Below the pieces are notes generated by a model. The model made no database searches and was not told the DNA's origin. It was given only the letters and a program-made list of their open reading frames with translations. From Gammaproteobacteria bacterium (GTDB taxonomy: Bacteria; Pseudomonadota; Gammaproteobacteria; UBA4575), in the NCBI GenBank assembly GCA_965221955.1, contig CBDCTA010000012.1, forward strand, positions 1 through 13,768: a DNA stretch of 13,768 nucleotides, given 5' to 3'. Every line of letters starts with the position of its first letter. Within the stretch, counting starts at the first letter, position 1. Below are positions 1 to 8,571 of the stretch, in pieces. The position numbers and the translations under genes were made by a program.

Positions 1-638
1 ATCAAGGAGGTTTACTTACCGATGCAGTACTTAAAGCTCCACACTGTGTTCTTTTATTGGATGAAATTGAGAAAGCGCACCCTGATGTATTCAATTTATT
101 GTTGCAAATAATGGATCATGGAACTTTAACGGACACGAATGGACGTAAAGTTGATTTCCGTAATGTGATCTTAGTGATGACTACAAATGCAGGTGCATCT
201 GAAATGAATCGCACGAGTGTTGGTTTTACTACGCAAGATCATCAATCGGATGGTGCTGAAATTATTAAGCGCACTTTTACTCCAGAATTTAGAAATCGAC
301 TTGATGCGATTATTCAATTCTCACCGTTGGATCAGAAAACCATTCTTCATGTTGTGGACAAGTTTGTTGCGCAACTTGAAGCTCAATTGGAATCTAAGAA
401 AGTTGAAATTCATATTGAGCCATCCGCTAAGAAATGGATTGCTGAGCGTGGTTATGATGTGAAAATGGGTGCAAGACCAATGCAACGCATTATCCAAGAG
501 CATATTAAAAAGCCTCTCGCAGAAGAGATTCTCTTTGGCTGCTTGGAAAACGGTGGAAAAGTTGTTGTACGCGCCACAGACGATAAAGTTGATAGTGACG
601 AGTTAGAAATTGAATATTTAGAGGAAGTGACTAACTAG
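1..638 (+). CDS. clpA: ATP-dependent Clp protease ATP-binding subunit ClpA, 3' part (5'-truncated by the window)
   Basis: The frame is open from position 3: QGGLLTDAVLKAPHCVLLLDEIEKAHPDVFNLLLQIMDHGTLTDTNGRKVDFRNVILVMTTNAG. It carries the AAA+ D2 Walker B, plus FTPEFRNRLD and MGARPM. Stop is TAG at 636-638. Convergent with infA, as in E. coli. Confidence 0.95.
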   Translation, partial: QGGLLTDAVLKAPHCVLLLDEIEKAHPDVFNLLLQIMDHGTLTDTNGRKVDFRNVILVMTTNAGASEMNRTSVGFTTQDHQSDGAEIIKRTFTPEFRNRLDAIIQFSPLDQKTILHVVDKFVAQLEAQLESKKVEIHIEPSAKKWIAERGYDVKMGARPMQRIIQEHIKKPLAEEILFGCLENGGKVVVRATDDKVDSDELEIEYLEEVTN

Positions 639-642
639 TAGC

Positions 643-861
643 TTATTTGCCTCGGAATGTAATCCTGCCTTTAGTTAGATCATAAGGGGTCATTTCAACA
701 GTGACCTTATCGCCAGTTAAAATTTTAATATAATGCTTGCGCATGCGCCCTGAGATATGCGCTGTAATGGTGTGTCCATTCTCAAGTTCGACACGAAACA
801 TTGTGTTAGGTAAGGTTTCAACCACCGTACCTTCCATTTCAATTTGATCTTCTTTGGCCAT
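643..861 (-). CDS. infA: Translation initiation factor IF-1 (72 aa)
   Basis: [30 protein letters not shown]...[39 protein letters not shown]. The ATG at 861 has an AGGAG SD just upstream. The ORF-track start at 894 is an unlikely extension. Confidence 0.98.
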   Translation of the reverse strand: MAKEDQIEMEGTVVETLPNTMFRVELENGHTITAHISGRMRKHYIKILTGDKVTVEMTPYDLTKGRITFRGK

Positions 862-892
862 GTGGCTCCTACTCGAATATAAGAAGTCGCAC

Positions 893-920
893 ATTATGGT
901 AGAACAAAAAAATAAAACAA
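893..920 (-). promoter_or_regulatory. Putative sigma70 promoter of infA
   Basis: The minus strand reads TTGTTT (920-915), N16, CATAAT (898-893), followed by a GC-rich discriminator GTGCGAC. Confidence 0.5.
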
Positions 921-936
921 GTGTTTGATTTATGAG

Positions 937-950
937 TACAATGTCGCGAC
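937..950 (+). promoter_or_regulatory. Putative -10 element and discriminator of the fabD operon promoter
   Basis: TACAAT at 937-942 is followed by GC-rich GTCGCGAC, about 50 bp upstream of fabD. No good -35 is visible. Confidence 0.35.
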
Positions 951-991
951 CAAGTTTTCCATTGAATTTTAGACGTTTTTAGCTTTTTAAT

Positions 992-1933
992 ATGACTCAC
1001 GCATATCTTTTTCCTGGGCAAGGTTCCCAATCCATCGGTATGTTGGCGGAATTGGCCGATCTTTATCCCGAAGTGAAGCAAACCTTTGAGCAAGGTTCTG
1101 AAATTTTGCAGCAAGATTTATGGAGCTTGGTGGCTGTGGGACCTGAACAAGACCTGAATCGTACTGAGAATACTCAACCTATTATGTTGTGTTCCAGTGT
1201 AGCGGTTTGGAAAATATGGAACCAACAATTTTCAAAACCACCAGCATTAATGGCAGGACACAGCTTTGGTGAATACACTGCACTCGTTTGTTCAGGAATC
1301 TTGGATTTTGAAACAGCGGTTCCTTTAGCGCGTTTCCGTGGTGAGGTAATGCAGCAGGCGGTGCCAGAAGGCGAGGGTGCGATGGCGGCTGTACTTGGCT
1401 TAGAGAATGAAAAACTTGCTGAAGTCTGTGCAGAGGTTTCTCAGGGACAAGTTGTAGAAGCGGTAAATTTCAATGCGCCCGGGCAAGTTGTGATTGCAGG
1501 TAATGTGGATGCCGTAACACGAGCGATTGACGCCGCAAAAGAGGCGGGTGCAAAGCGTGCAGTTATGTTGCCATTAAGTGTGCCGTCACATAGTTGTTTA
1601 ATGCAGCCAGCTGCAGAAAAATTACGTGAATATTTAAACGACATCTCTCTGCAATCATCTGAAGTGCAGGTATTACATAACGCGGATGTCAAAACTTACA
1701 CGAGCGATCAAGATATTAAAGATGCACTATATAGGCAGTTGTTTAACCCTGTGCGTTGGGTAGAGTCGATTCATTATATGATTTCAGAAGGAATTCAGAC
1801 TTTTGTTGAATTAGGTCCTGGCAAGGTCCTCACTGGCTTGAGTAAACGCATTGATAAAAAAGTGTCATGTTACTGTGTGCAAGATGCAAAGAGTTTAGAG
1901 CAGGCATTAGAACATTTACAGGAAAACTTATAG
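992..1933 (+). CDS. fabD: Malonyl-CoA:ACP transacylase
   Basis: N-terminal FPGQGSQ, TENTQP, catalytic GHSFGEY, NFNAPGQVVIAG, SVPSH, PVRWVE and ELGPGKVL. Lies directly upstream of fabG. Confidence 0.97.
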   Translation: MTHAYLFPGQGSQSIGMLAELADLYPEVKQTFEQGSEILQQDLWSLVAVGPEQDLNRTENTQPIMLCSSVAVWKIWNQQFSKPPALMAGHSFGEYTALVCSGILDFETAVPLARFRGEVMQQAVPEGEGAMAAVLGLENEKLAEVCAEVSQGQVVEAVNFNAPGQVVIAGNVDAVTRAIDAAKEAGAKRAVMLPLSVPSHSCLMQPAAEKLREYLNDISLQSSEVQVLHNADVKTYTSDQDIKDALYRQLFNPVRWVESIHYMISEGIQTFVELGPGKVLTGLSKRIDKKVSCYCVQDAKSLEQALEHLQENL

Positions 1934-1953
1934 ATATAAGAAGTTGAAGGGTT

Positions 1954-2691
1954 ATGGATAAACAAGTCGCGTTAGTAACAGGTGCTAGTCGAGGAATTGG
2001 AAAAGCTATTTTGCATGCATTGGCAGCTGATGCCTGCATTGTGGTGGGTACAGCGACTACACAAAATGGTGCGAATTCAATTCAAGAAGGGTTGAATTCC
2101 GCTAACTATGAAGGGCAAGCATTGGTTTTAGATGTTACTCAAGATGACTCAATTAAGTCATGCCTTAGCGCTATTAAAGAGAAGTATGGTGCGCCAACCA
2201 TTTTGGTTAACAATGCGGGCATTACGAAAGACAATTTATTGATGCGCATGAAAGATGAAGAATGGAATGATGTGATCAATACAAATTTGTCATCTATCTA
2301 TCGTCTTTCTAAAGCTTGTATGCGCGATATGATGAAGGCAAAGACAGGGCGTATCGTTAATATTTCATCCGTTGTAGGCTTGTCAGGCAATGCTGGGCAG
2401 GCAAATTATGCAGCGGCAAAGGCTGGAATGATAGGCTTTTCGAAATCATTAGCACAAGAAATTGCATCTCGAGGGATTACTGTGAATGCGGTTGCGCCAG
2501 GTTTCATCGAGACAGATATGACCAGCGAATTGACAGCTGAGCAGCAGGAAGCATTATTGAGTAACGTCCCATTGGGTCGTATGGGTAGCGCGCAAGAGGT
2601 TGCGGCAGTGGTTAAGTTTTTGGTCTCAGAGGACGCATCTTACATCACGGGAGAGACGATTCATGTAAATGGCGGACTTTATATGACCTAG
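1954..2691 (+). CDS. fabG: 3-oxoacyl-ACP reductase
   Basis: SDR motifs TGASRGIG, NNAGITKDNLLMRMK, catalytic YAAAK, VAPGFIETDMT and GETIHVNGG, in fab cluster context. Confidence 0.97.
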   Translation: MDKQVALVTGASRGIGKAILHALAADACIVVGTATTQNGANSIQEGLNSANYEGQALVLDVTQDDSIKSCLSAIKEKYGAPTILVNNAGITKDNLLMRMKDEEWNDVINTNLSSIYRLSKACMRDMMKAKTGRIVNISSVVGLSGNAGQANYAAAKAGMIGFSKSLAQEIASRGITVNAVAPGFIETDMTSELTAEQQEALLSNVPLGRMGSAQEVAAVVKFLVSEDASYITGETIHVNGGLYMT

Positions 2692-2853
2692 AATATGTTA
2701 AATTTAAGCGTATTCTTACATGAACTTTATCGTCTAACACTTTGTATCTAATCAACAAACTCTGTTGATATCCCTTATATATATTTAGATAAGTTTGGTT
2801 TTAGACTAAATTATCGGGGCTTTAGAGTGATAGCATGGTGAACACCTTTTCAA

Positions 2854-2883
2854 TACAATAGCGAGCCGATTAGGATCGGACTT
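2854..2883 (+). promoter_or_regulatory. Putative acpP -10 element followed by a 5'-leader hairpin
   Basis: TACAAT at 2854-2859, then the hairpin CCGAT-tagg-ATCGG (2866-2879), extendable by GAG/CTT. The -35 is poor. Confidence 0.35.
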
Positions 2884-2910
2884 AAATTTTTGCAAAGAGG
2901 AAGCAGGTAT

Positions 2911-3144
2911 ATGAGCACTAATGAAGAGAGAGTTAAGAAGATTGTCGTAGAGCAATTAGGTGTTAATGAAGATGAAGTGAAAGACGAGGCATCTTTTGTT
3001 GACGATCTAGGAGCAGACTCTTTAGACACAGTTGAATTGGTAATGGCATTGGAAGAGGAATTTGAATGTGAAATTCCTGATGAAGAAGCCGAAAAAATTA
3101 CTACTGTGAAGCAGGCGATTGATTACGTTAATAATAATCAATAG
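2911..3144 (+). CDS. acpP: Acyl carrier protein (77 aa)
   Basis: [18 protein letters not shown]...[19 protein letters not shown], containing the phosphopantetheine Ser motif DSL. The ATG at 2911 follows AGAGGAAGCAGG. The TTG start at 2890 is unlikely. Confidence 0.98.
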   Translation: MSTNEERVKKIVVEQLGVNEDEVKDEASFVDDLGADSLDTVELVMALEEEFECEIPDEEAEKITTVKQAIDYVNNNQ

Positions 3145-3165
3145 TCCATAGATGATTCGTTTACT

Positions 3166-3208
3166 AAGGTAGCCAAACTTATATGAGTACGCGCTACCTT
3201 TTTATTTT
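3166..3208 (+). terminator. Intrinsic terminator after acpP
   Basis: AAGGTAGC (3166-3173) pairs with GCTACCTT (3193-3200), with an inner ACTT/GAGT stem, followed by TTTATTTT. Confidence 0.7.
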
Positions 3209-3249
3209 CAACCTATCCATTCTATAGTTAATTAGGCAGAGTAAACACT

Positions 3250-4491
3250 ATGTCGCGTAGACGTGTAGCGGTGACAGGCTTGGGGATTGTTTCTCCAGTA
3301 GGCTCATCGATAGAAAAAGCATGGGCAAACATTACCGCTGGTAAGAGCGGTATTTCAAAAATTGATTGCTTTGACGCGAGCGCGTTTTCTGTTCAGATTG
3401 CGGGTCAAACTCGTGACTTTGTTGTTGATGAATATTTGTCTAAAAAAGAACAGCGCAAGATGGATCCATTTATTCATTATGGAATTGGTGCGGGCATTCA
3501 AGCTGTTGAAGATTCAGGGTTTGAAGTAACAGAAGAAAATGCAGATCGTATTGGTGTTGCAATTGGTAGCGGAATTGGTGGCTTACCAGGTATTGAGAAA
3601 AGTAACGAAGCTTACTTAAAGGGTGGTCCTAAAAAGATTTCACCATTTTTTGTACCGAGTAATATCATTAATATGGTGTCAGGTAACTTATCGATTATGA
3701 AAGGTTATCGTGGACCCAATATTTCCATTGTTTCTGCATGCACAACAGGTACACATAATATCGGTGATGCAGCGAGAATGATTATGTACGGCGATGCCGA
3801 CATTATGGTTGCCGGTGGCGCAGAAATGGCAACTTGTCCGCTAGGGATTGGCGGCTTTGCGGCGGCTAAAGCACTTTGTTCTACACATAATGATAATCCG
3901 GAAGCTGCAAGTCGTCCGTTTGATCTAAACCGTAATGGTTTCGTGTTGGGAGATGGTGCAGGTGTGGTTGTGCTTGAAGAGTATGAAAGTGCTAAAGCGC
4001 GTTCTGCAAATATTTATTGTGAATTGGTCGGTTATGGTATGAGTAGTGATGCATATCATATGACTTCGCCTGCAGAGGGTGGTCGTGGTGGTGCGAAGTG
4101 TATGCAAAATGCATTAGCGGATGCAGGACTAAACATTTCTGATGTGAACTATATTAATGCGCATGGCACCTCTACGCCGGCAGGCGACGTAGCAGAAACT
4201 GAAGGTATTAAGAGCACTTTTGGTGATCATGTAAAAAATGTTGCGGTAAGCTCTACCAAATCAATGACAGGTCATTTGCTTGGTGCTGCGGGTGGAGTAG
4301 AAGCCGTGTTTAGTATTTTGGCAGTACATCAAAACGTTTTACCGCCGACAATTAATTACGATACTCCAGATCCTAAATGTGATCTCGACTATGTGCCCAA
4401 TGAAGCACGCGAGACAGAGGTGAATGTCGCGCTTTCAAATTCATTTGGATTTGGTGGGACAAACGGCACCGTCGTATTTAAGAGCGTATAA
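3250..4491 (+). CDS. fabF: Beta-ketoacyl-ACP synthase II
   Basis: RRVAVTGLG, catalytic Cys in SACTTG, His in NAHGTST and GHLLGAAG, and C-terminal [10 protein letters not shown]. Follows acpP. Confidence 0.97.
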   Translation: MSRRRVAVTGLGIVSPVGSSIEKAWANITAGKSGISKIDCFDASAFSVQIAGQTRDFVVDEYLSKKEQRKMDPFIHYGIGAGIQAVEDSGFEVTEENADRIGVAIGSGIGGLPGIEKSNEAYLKGGPKKISPFFVPSNIINMVSGNLSIMKGYRGPNISIVSACTTGTHNIGDAARMIMYGDADIMVAGGAEMATCPLGIGGFAAAKALCSTHNDNPEAASRPFDLNRNGFVLGDGAGVVVLEEYESAKARSANIYCELVGYGMSSDAYHMTSPAEGGRGGAKCMQNALADAGLNISDVNYINAHGTSTPAGDVAETEGIKSTFGDHVKNVAVSSTKSMTGHLLGAAGGVEAVFSILAVHQNVLPPTINYDTPDPKCDLDYVPNEARETEVNVALSNSFGFGGTNGTVVFKSV

Positions 4492-4557
4492 ATTCTCTCG
4501 CTGATGTCTTATAACATTTGTGTCGTCTTTGTATGACTCAAATGTACAAACAATTCT

Positions 4558-5367
4558 ATGCAAATTCCTGATGTCATCATAAATGGTGTCGAGGCAGATC
4601 AAATTTCGAGTTTTGATCGTGGCTTAAGCTATGGTGATGGTGTGTTTGAAACCATTGCGGTTAAGCAAGGTGAAATACAATATTGGGATGACCATCTGCA
4701 ACGATTACAACAAGGTTGCAAAGCACTTAACTTGCAAGGCTTGGATATAAGTTTGCTCAAAAAAGAAGTGGATCAGTTAATTGATTCTGAATTGGCTTGC
4801 ATAATCAAGATCATTATTACCCGCGGCCTCGGTGAGCGAGGTTATAAACCTACCAAAAAACCGTTGACTCGCATTGTGCAAAAGTTTTCTTGGCCTGAAT
4901 TTCCCAAAAGTTTTCAAGAAACGGGGGTAGAAGTTACGCAATGTGAATTTCGTTTATCGAGCCAAAGTAAATTATCAAAAATTAAACACTTGAATCGGTT
5001 AGAACAAGTATTGGCACGTAGCGAATGGGAGGATGAATATCAAGAAGGCTTGGTTTGTGATAATGATGATAATGTTATCGAGGCAACTTCTGCGAATGTG
5101 TTTTTTCAAGTTGAGAATAAACTTATAACGCCTGATGTCAGTCAGTGTGGAGTTGAAGGCGTGATGCGAAAAAAAATAATTGAACATTGTCAATCAAATA
5201 ACATTGATATCGAGATTCGTGAGTTCAAGTTAGCTGAAATTAGCAGTATTCAGTCTATGCTAATTTGTAATAGCACAATAGGAATTTGGCCGGTAGCCGT
5301 TTATTGTGGGCGTGAACTAAGTAAAACCGCTATAATCGATCAGCTTATCGCGGTATTCAACAGTTAG
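4558..5367 (+). CDS. pabC: Aminodeoxychorismate lyase (PLP fold type IV)
   Basis: DRGLSYGDGVFET, HLQRL, PLP-lysine motif IKHLNRLEQVLAR, and GVEGVMR, in fabF-pabC-mltG-tmk-holB synteny. Confidence 0.93.
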   Translation: MQIPDVIINGVEADQISSFDRGLSYGDGVFETIAVKQGEIQYWDDHLQRLQQGCKALNLQGLDISLLKKEVDQLIDSELACIIKIIITRGLGERGYKPTKKPLTRIVQKFSWPEFPKSFQETGVEVTQCEFRLSSQSKLSKIKHLNRLEQVLARSEWEDEYQEGLVCDNDDNVIEATSANVFFQVENKLITPDVSQCGVEGVMRKKIIEHCQSNNIDIEIREFKLAEISSIQSMLICNSTIGIWPVAVYCGRELSKTAIIDQLIAVFNS

Positions 5368-5378
5368 GAAATCCCTGC

Positions 5379-6413
5379 GTGAAAAACTACACACGTTTAA
5401 TTAGCTCTTTGCTCATTATTCTGACGATTATAGTTACGCTATTGACGATCTATTTCAAAGAATATGCCAATAAGCCGCTTTCTTCTCATAACACAGAGGT
5501 GCAGTTGGTCATTGAGCCAGGCATGAATTTTAAACAAATTACGCAACAGCTTATCGATGAAGAGTTAGTAACCGAAATATTGCCGTGGAAAATTTTCGGT
5601 CGAATTAGTGGTGCAAGTAATTCAATTAAAGCAGGTGAATATACACTAAAGCGTAATCTCAGCCCGGTGCAACTGCTTAATAAACTCATTAAAGGTGAAA
5701 CCATACAGTTTAGCCTCACCGTGATAGAAGGGTGGACTTTTAATCAATTATGGAATGCGGTATTGAATCATGAAAAAATTAAGCAAACGGCTACTTCTAA
5801 AGAAGAACTCCTAGAAGATTTAGGCTTTCAGGATCAAAATCCTGAGGGTTGGTTTTATCCTGACACTTATCACTTTCCAGCGAACACCACAAACGTTGAA
5901 TTTTTTCAACGTGCTTATAGCTATATGCAAACTGTTTTAGAAGAAGAGTGGTCTAATCGTTCTAAAGATACCCCATTGCAGTCTGAGGAGGAGGCGTTAA
6001 CGTTGGCCTCTATTATTGAAAAAGAAACCAGTGTGAGTGATGAACGTAATCTTGTTGCGGCGGTATTCGTCACTCGACTAAAGCGTGATATGCGTTTGCA
6101 AACAGACCCAACGGTTATTTATGGCATGGGCGAATCATATGATGGCAATATTCGTCGCAAGGACTTAAAATCGGATACCCCTTATAATACTTATGTGCAC
6201 AAAGGCTTGCCGCCTACTCCCATTGCATTACCAAGCCGCGCATCTATCCGTGCCGCGCTTAACCCAGCGGATAGTGAAGTAATATTTTTTGTCTCAAAAG
6301 GGGATGGCACACATCACTTTTCAGAAACCTATGAAGAACATCGCGAGGCAGTAGTTAAATACCAACTTGGTGGTAATAAAAATAAATATAAAGCCGACCA
6401 CAAAATACAATAA
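5379..6413 (+). CDS. mltG: Endolytic transglycosylase MltG (YceG)
   Basis: GTG start with a TAGGAA SD overlapping the pabC stop. N-terminal membrane anchor, KAGEY, EGWFYPDTY, catalytic LASIIEKET, LQTDPTVIYG, PYNTY and GLPPTPI. Confidence 0.95.
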   Translation: MKNYTRLISSLLIILTIIVTLLTIYFKEYANKPLSSHNTEVQLVIEPGMNFKQITQQLIDEELVTEILPWKIFGRISGASNSIKAGEYTLKRNLSPVQLLNKLIKGETIQFSLTVIEGWTFNQLWNAVLNHEKIKQTATSKEELLEDLGFQDQNPEGWFYPDTYHFPANTTNVEFFQRAYSYMQTVLEEEWSNRSKDTPLQSEEEALTLASIIEKETSVSDERNLVAAVFVTRLKRDMRLQTDPTVIYGMGESYDGNIRRKDLKSDTPYNTYVHKGLPPTPIALPSRASIRAALNPADSEVIFFVSKGDGTHHFSETYEEHREAVVKYQLGGNKNKYKADHKIQ

Positions 6414-6441
6414 TAATTAAAGCATTCGTTTCATACACATC

Positions 6442-7098
6442 ATGGGAAAAGATACTCAGGAAATGTTCCAAGGGAAGTTTATTACTTTCGAAGGAACGGA
6501 GGGTGTAGGTAAAACTACGCAAATTAATTTATTAGAAAAATATCTTAAGACTAAAAACATCGCTTGCATAGTTTCACGCGAACCAGGTGGTACTAAATTA
6601 GGAGAACAAATTCGAGAAATTCTTCTTAATAAGAACGATGAGAATATAGATATGATGGCAGAACTACTTTTGATGTTTTCTGCACGTGCGCAACATCTTC
6701 AAGAAGTCATCCATCCTGCGCTAAAAGAGAATACGTGGGTATTGTGTGATCGTTTTACTGATGCGAGCTATGCTTACCAAGGTGGTGGACGCGGTATACC
6801 ATTTGCGAAAATTAAATTAATTGAAAATGCAGTGCTAGGTGGATTTAATCCTGATATGACTATCTTATTATCTGGAGATGTTCGGGCGAGTATGCGTAGG
6901 GTTTCAAAACGTGGTGAAAAAGATCGTTTTGAATTAGAAGAAATAGAATTTTTTGAACGTGTGAGAAATAGTTATCTAAAGCTTGCAAAAAATAACTCTG
7001 AAAGATTTAGCGTGGTTGATTCTGATCAAACGATAGATAAAGCCGCCTTATCCATCCAAACAGCACTGAAACAACGCTTTGCCGAACTAATTGTTTAA
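6442..7098 (+). CDS. tmk: Thymidylate (dTMP) kinase
   Basis: P-loop FITFEGTEGVGKTTQ, REPGGT and CDRFTDASYAYQGGGRG. The start may instead be the ATG at 6463. Confidence 0.96.
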   Translation: MGKDTQEMFQGKFITFEGTEGVGKTTQINLLEKYLKTKNIACIVSREPGGTKLGEQIREILLNKNDENIDMMAELLLMFSARAQHLQEVIHPALKENTWVLCDRFTDASYAYQGGGRGIPFAKIKLIENAVLGGFNPDMTILLSGDVRASMRRVSKRGEKDRFELEEIEFFERVRNSYLKLAKNNSERFSVVDSDQTIDKAALSIQTALKQRFAELIV

Positions 7099-7113
7099 AA
7101 TATTATTCATATA

Positions 7114-8109
7114 ATGATTTATCCATGGCAATTTGAACATTGGCAGCAAGCTGTGCGGTACTTAAAAGATAATCATCTGGCACATGCTGTGTTGTTATCC
7201 GGTCCTGCTGAGATTGGCAAACTTGAGTTTTGCTTAGCCTTTATTCAGCGTCTTAATTGTACGAATCCAACATTGGATGACCATGCATGTGGAGAATGTA
7301 AGGATTGTCACTTGTTTAGTGCTAATACTCATCCCGATATTCGCATGATTAATGTTGAGGATACAGATGACGCCAAAAAGTCTGATCAAATCAAAGTTGA
7401 TGATATTCGTGATATCAATCAGTTCATGACATTGAGCCGTCAACAAGGCGTATACAAAATAGTTTGTATTCATCAGGCTGAAAATATGAATGTCAATGCC
7501 GCCAATGCTTTGCTGAAAACATTGGAAGAGCCGCCGCAAAATTCGATTTTATTTTTAATCAGCGACCGCGCAGATACCTTGCTAGCAACGATCAAAAGCC
7601 GTTGTCAGATTTGGAAATTTAATTTGCCCAGCCATGAACTAGCGCTGCAATGGCTTAATCAACAACAAAAACACTCAAATTGGGATTCGCTTTTAAATGT
7701 TGCGGGTGGAAGGCCATTATTGTCATTAGAGCTGGCTCAATCGGGTTTAGGTGAAAATAGGACCCAATTTTACCAAGACTTGGACCAGTTTATGCAGGGC
7801 AAAGCTAAAGTGACCAAGGTCTCCAATAAGCACCAAGATGAGCCTTTAGAGAGGTTGGTCATGTGGCAACAGGCATGGTGCGCTGATCTCATTCGCTGCC
7901 ACTATGATAATCAGCCGGTGACCCTTGAAAATCCGGACATTCGTCGGAGCTTGCATAGTCTAGTGGGCCGAGTAGACTTACATTTATTATTTAGATTTAT
8001 GGACAAACTTATTGAATTGCGTAGGTTTTCTAGTGCGCCGCTCAATAAAAGGTTGTTCATCGAAGACATGCTCATTCGATGTCAGGAAGTTCTAGAACAA
8101 CCGGTATAA
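7114..8109 (+). CDS. holB: DNA polymerase III subunit delta'
   Basis: MIYPWQ start, degenerate Walker A (GPAEIGK), Zn module C...CGECKDC, HPDI, AANALLKTLEEP and the SRC motif TIKSRCQ. Follows tmk. Confidence 0.95.
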   Translation: MIYPWQFEHWQQAVRYLKDNHLAHAVLLSGPAEIGKLEFCLAFIQRLNCTNPTLDDHACGECKDCHLFSANTHPDIRMINVEDTDDAKKSDQIKVDDIRDINQFMTLSRQQGVYKIVCIHQAENMNVNAANALLKTLEEPPQNSILFLISDRADTLLATIKSRCQIWKFNLPSHELALQWLNQQQKHSNWDSLLNVAGGRPLLSLELAQSGLGENRTQFYQDLDQFMQGKAKVTKVSNKHQDEPLERLVMWQQAWCADLIRCHYDNQPVTLENPDIRRSLHSLVGRVDLHLLFRFMDKLIELRRFSSAPLNKRLFIEDMLIRCQEVLEQPV

Positions 8110-8133
8110 AGCCGAAAATATACAAATTAAATT

Positions 8134-8478
8134 ATGGCAGAAGGTAGCAGAGGCATACTATCGCTAGCGATTAAGGACAAAGGTTCCTTGTATGCAGCAT
8201 ATATTCCATTCATTAAGAATGGGGGCTTATTTATCCCTACTAATAAAGCATATAAGCTTGATGATGAAGTTTTCATGCTGTTAACGCTGATGGATGAAAC
8301 GGAACGTTTGCCAGTGGCAGGGAATGTTGTTTGGATCACTCCACCGAATGCTCAAGGGAATCGTACTGCAGGTATAGGCGTGCAGTTTAGTAATCAAGAC
8401 AACGGTCAGACAAGAAATAAAATTGAAACATTGCTTGCTGGCGCGCTTCAGGCTGATCGACCTACTCACACCATGTAA
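8134..8478 (+). CDS. pilZ: Type IV pilus assembly PilZ protein (Pseudomonas/Xanthomonas PilZ type)
   Basis: GILSLAIKDKGSLYAAYIPFIKNGGLFIPT...VAGNVVWITP..AQGNRTAGIGVQF...RPTHTM, in the canonical position downstream of holB. Lacks the RxxxR c-di-GMP motif. Confidence 0.92.
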   Translation: MAEGSRGILSLAIKDKGSLYAAYIPFIKNGGLFIPTNKAYKLDDEVFMLLTLMDETERLPVAGNVVWITPPNAQGNRTAGIGVQFSNQDNGQTRNKIETLLAGALQADRPTHTM

Positions 8479-8507
8479 TTTGCGTATGCTTGCGCACACT
8501 TCGGAAT

Positions 8508-8544
8508 TGTTGTCTCATTAAATGGTCTGAGACACATAGTTTTT
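8508..8544 (+). terminator. Hairpin between pilZ and sucA (possible terminator or operator)
   Basis: TGTCTCA (8511-8517), N10, TGAGACA (8528-8534), followed by CATAGTTTTT. Confidence 0.4.
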
Positions 8545-8571
8545 ACTTTCGTATTACATTATTGAAGTGAA

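Noticed and set aside
1255-1278. FabD GHSFG instead of the common GHSLG as a sign of altered extender specificity
   Set aside because: A single hydrophobic substitution. The other motifs and the gene context are those of an ordinary FAS II FabD.
992-4491. fabD-fabG-acpP-fabF as a secondary-metabolite (PKS-like) cluster
   Set aside because: Standard primary fatty acid synthesis order with pabC-mltG-tmk-holB, and no tailoring or transport genes.
5331-5336. Perfect TATAAT upstream of mltG, inside pabC
   Set aside because: No -35 or extended -10 at a suitable spacing, so it cannot be distinguished from chance in AT-rich DNA.
8134-8478. PilZ as a c-di-GMP receptor or novel signalling module
   Set aside because: It lacks the RxxxR motif and matches the known non-binding pilus-assembly PilZ normally found after holB.
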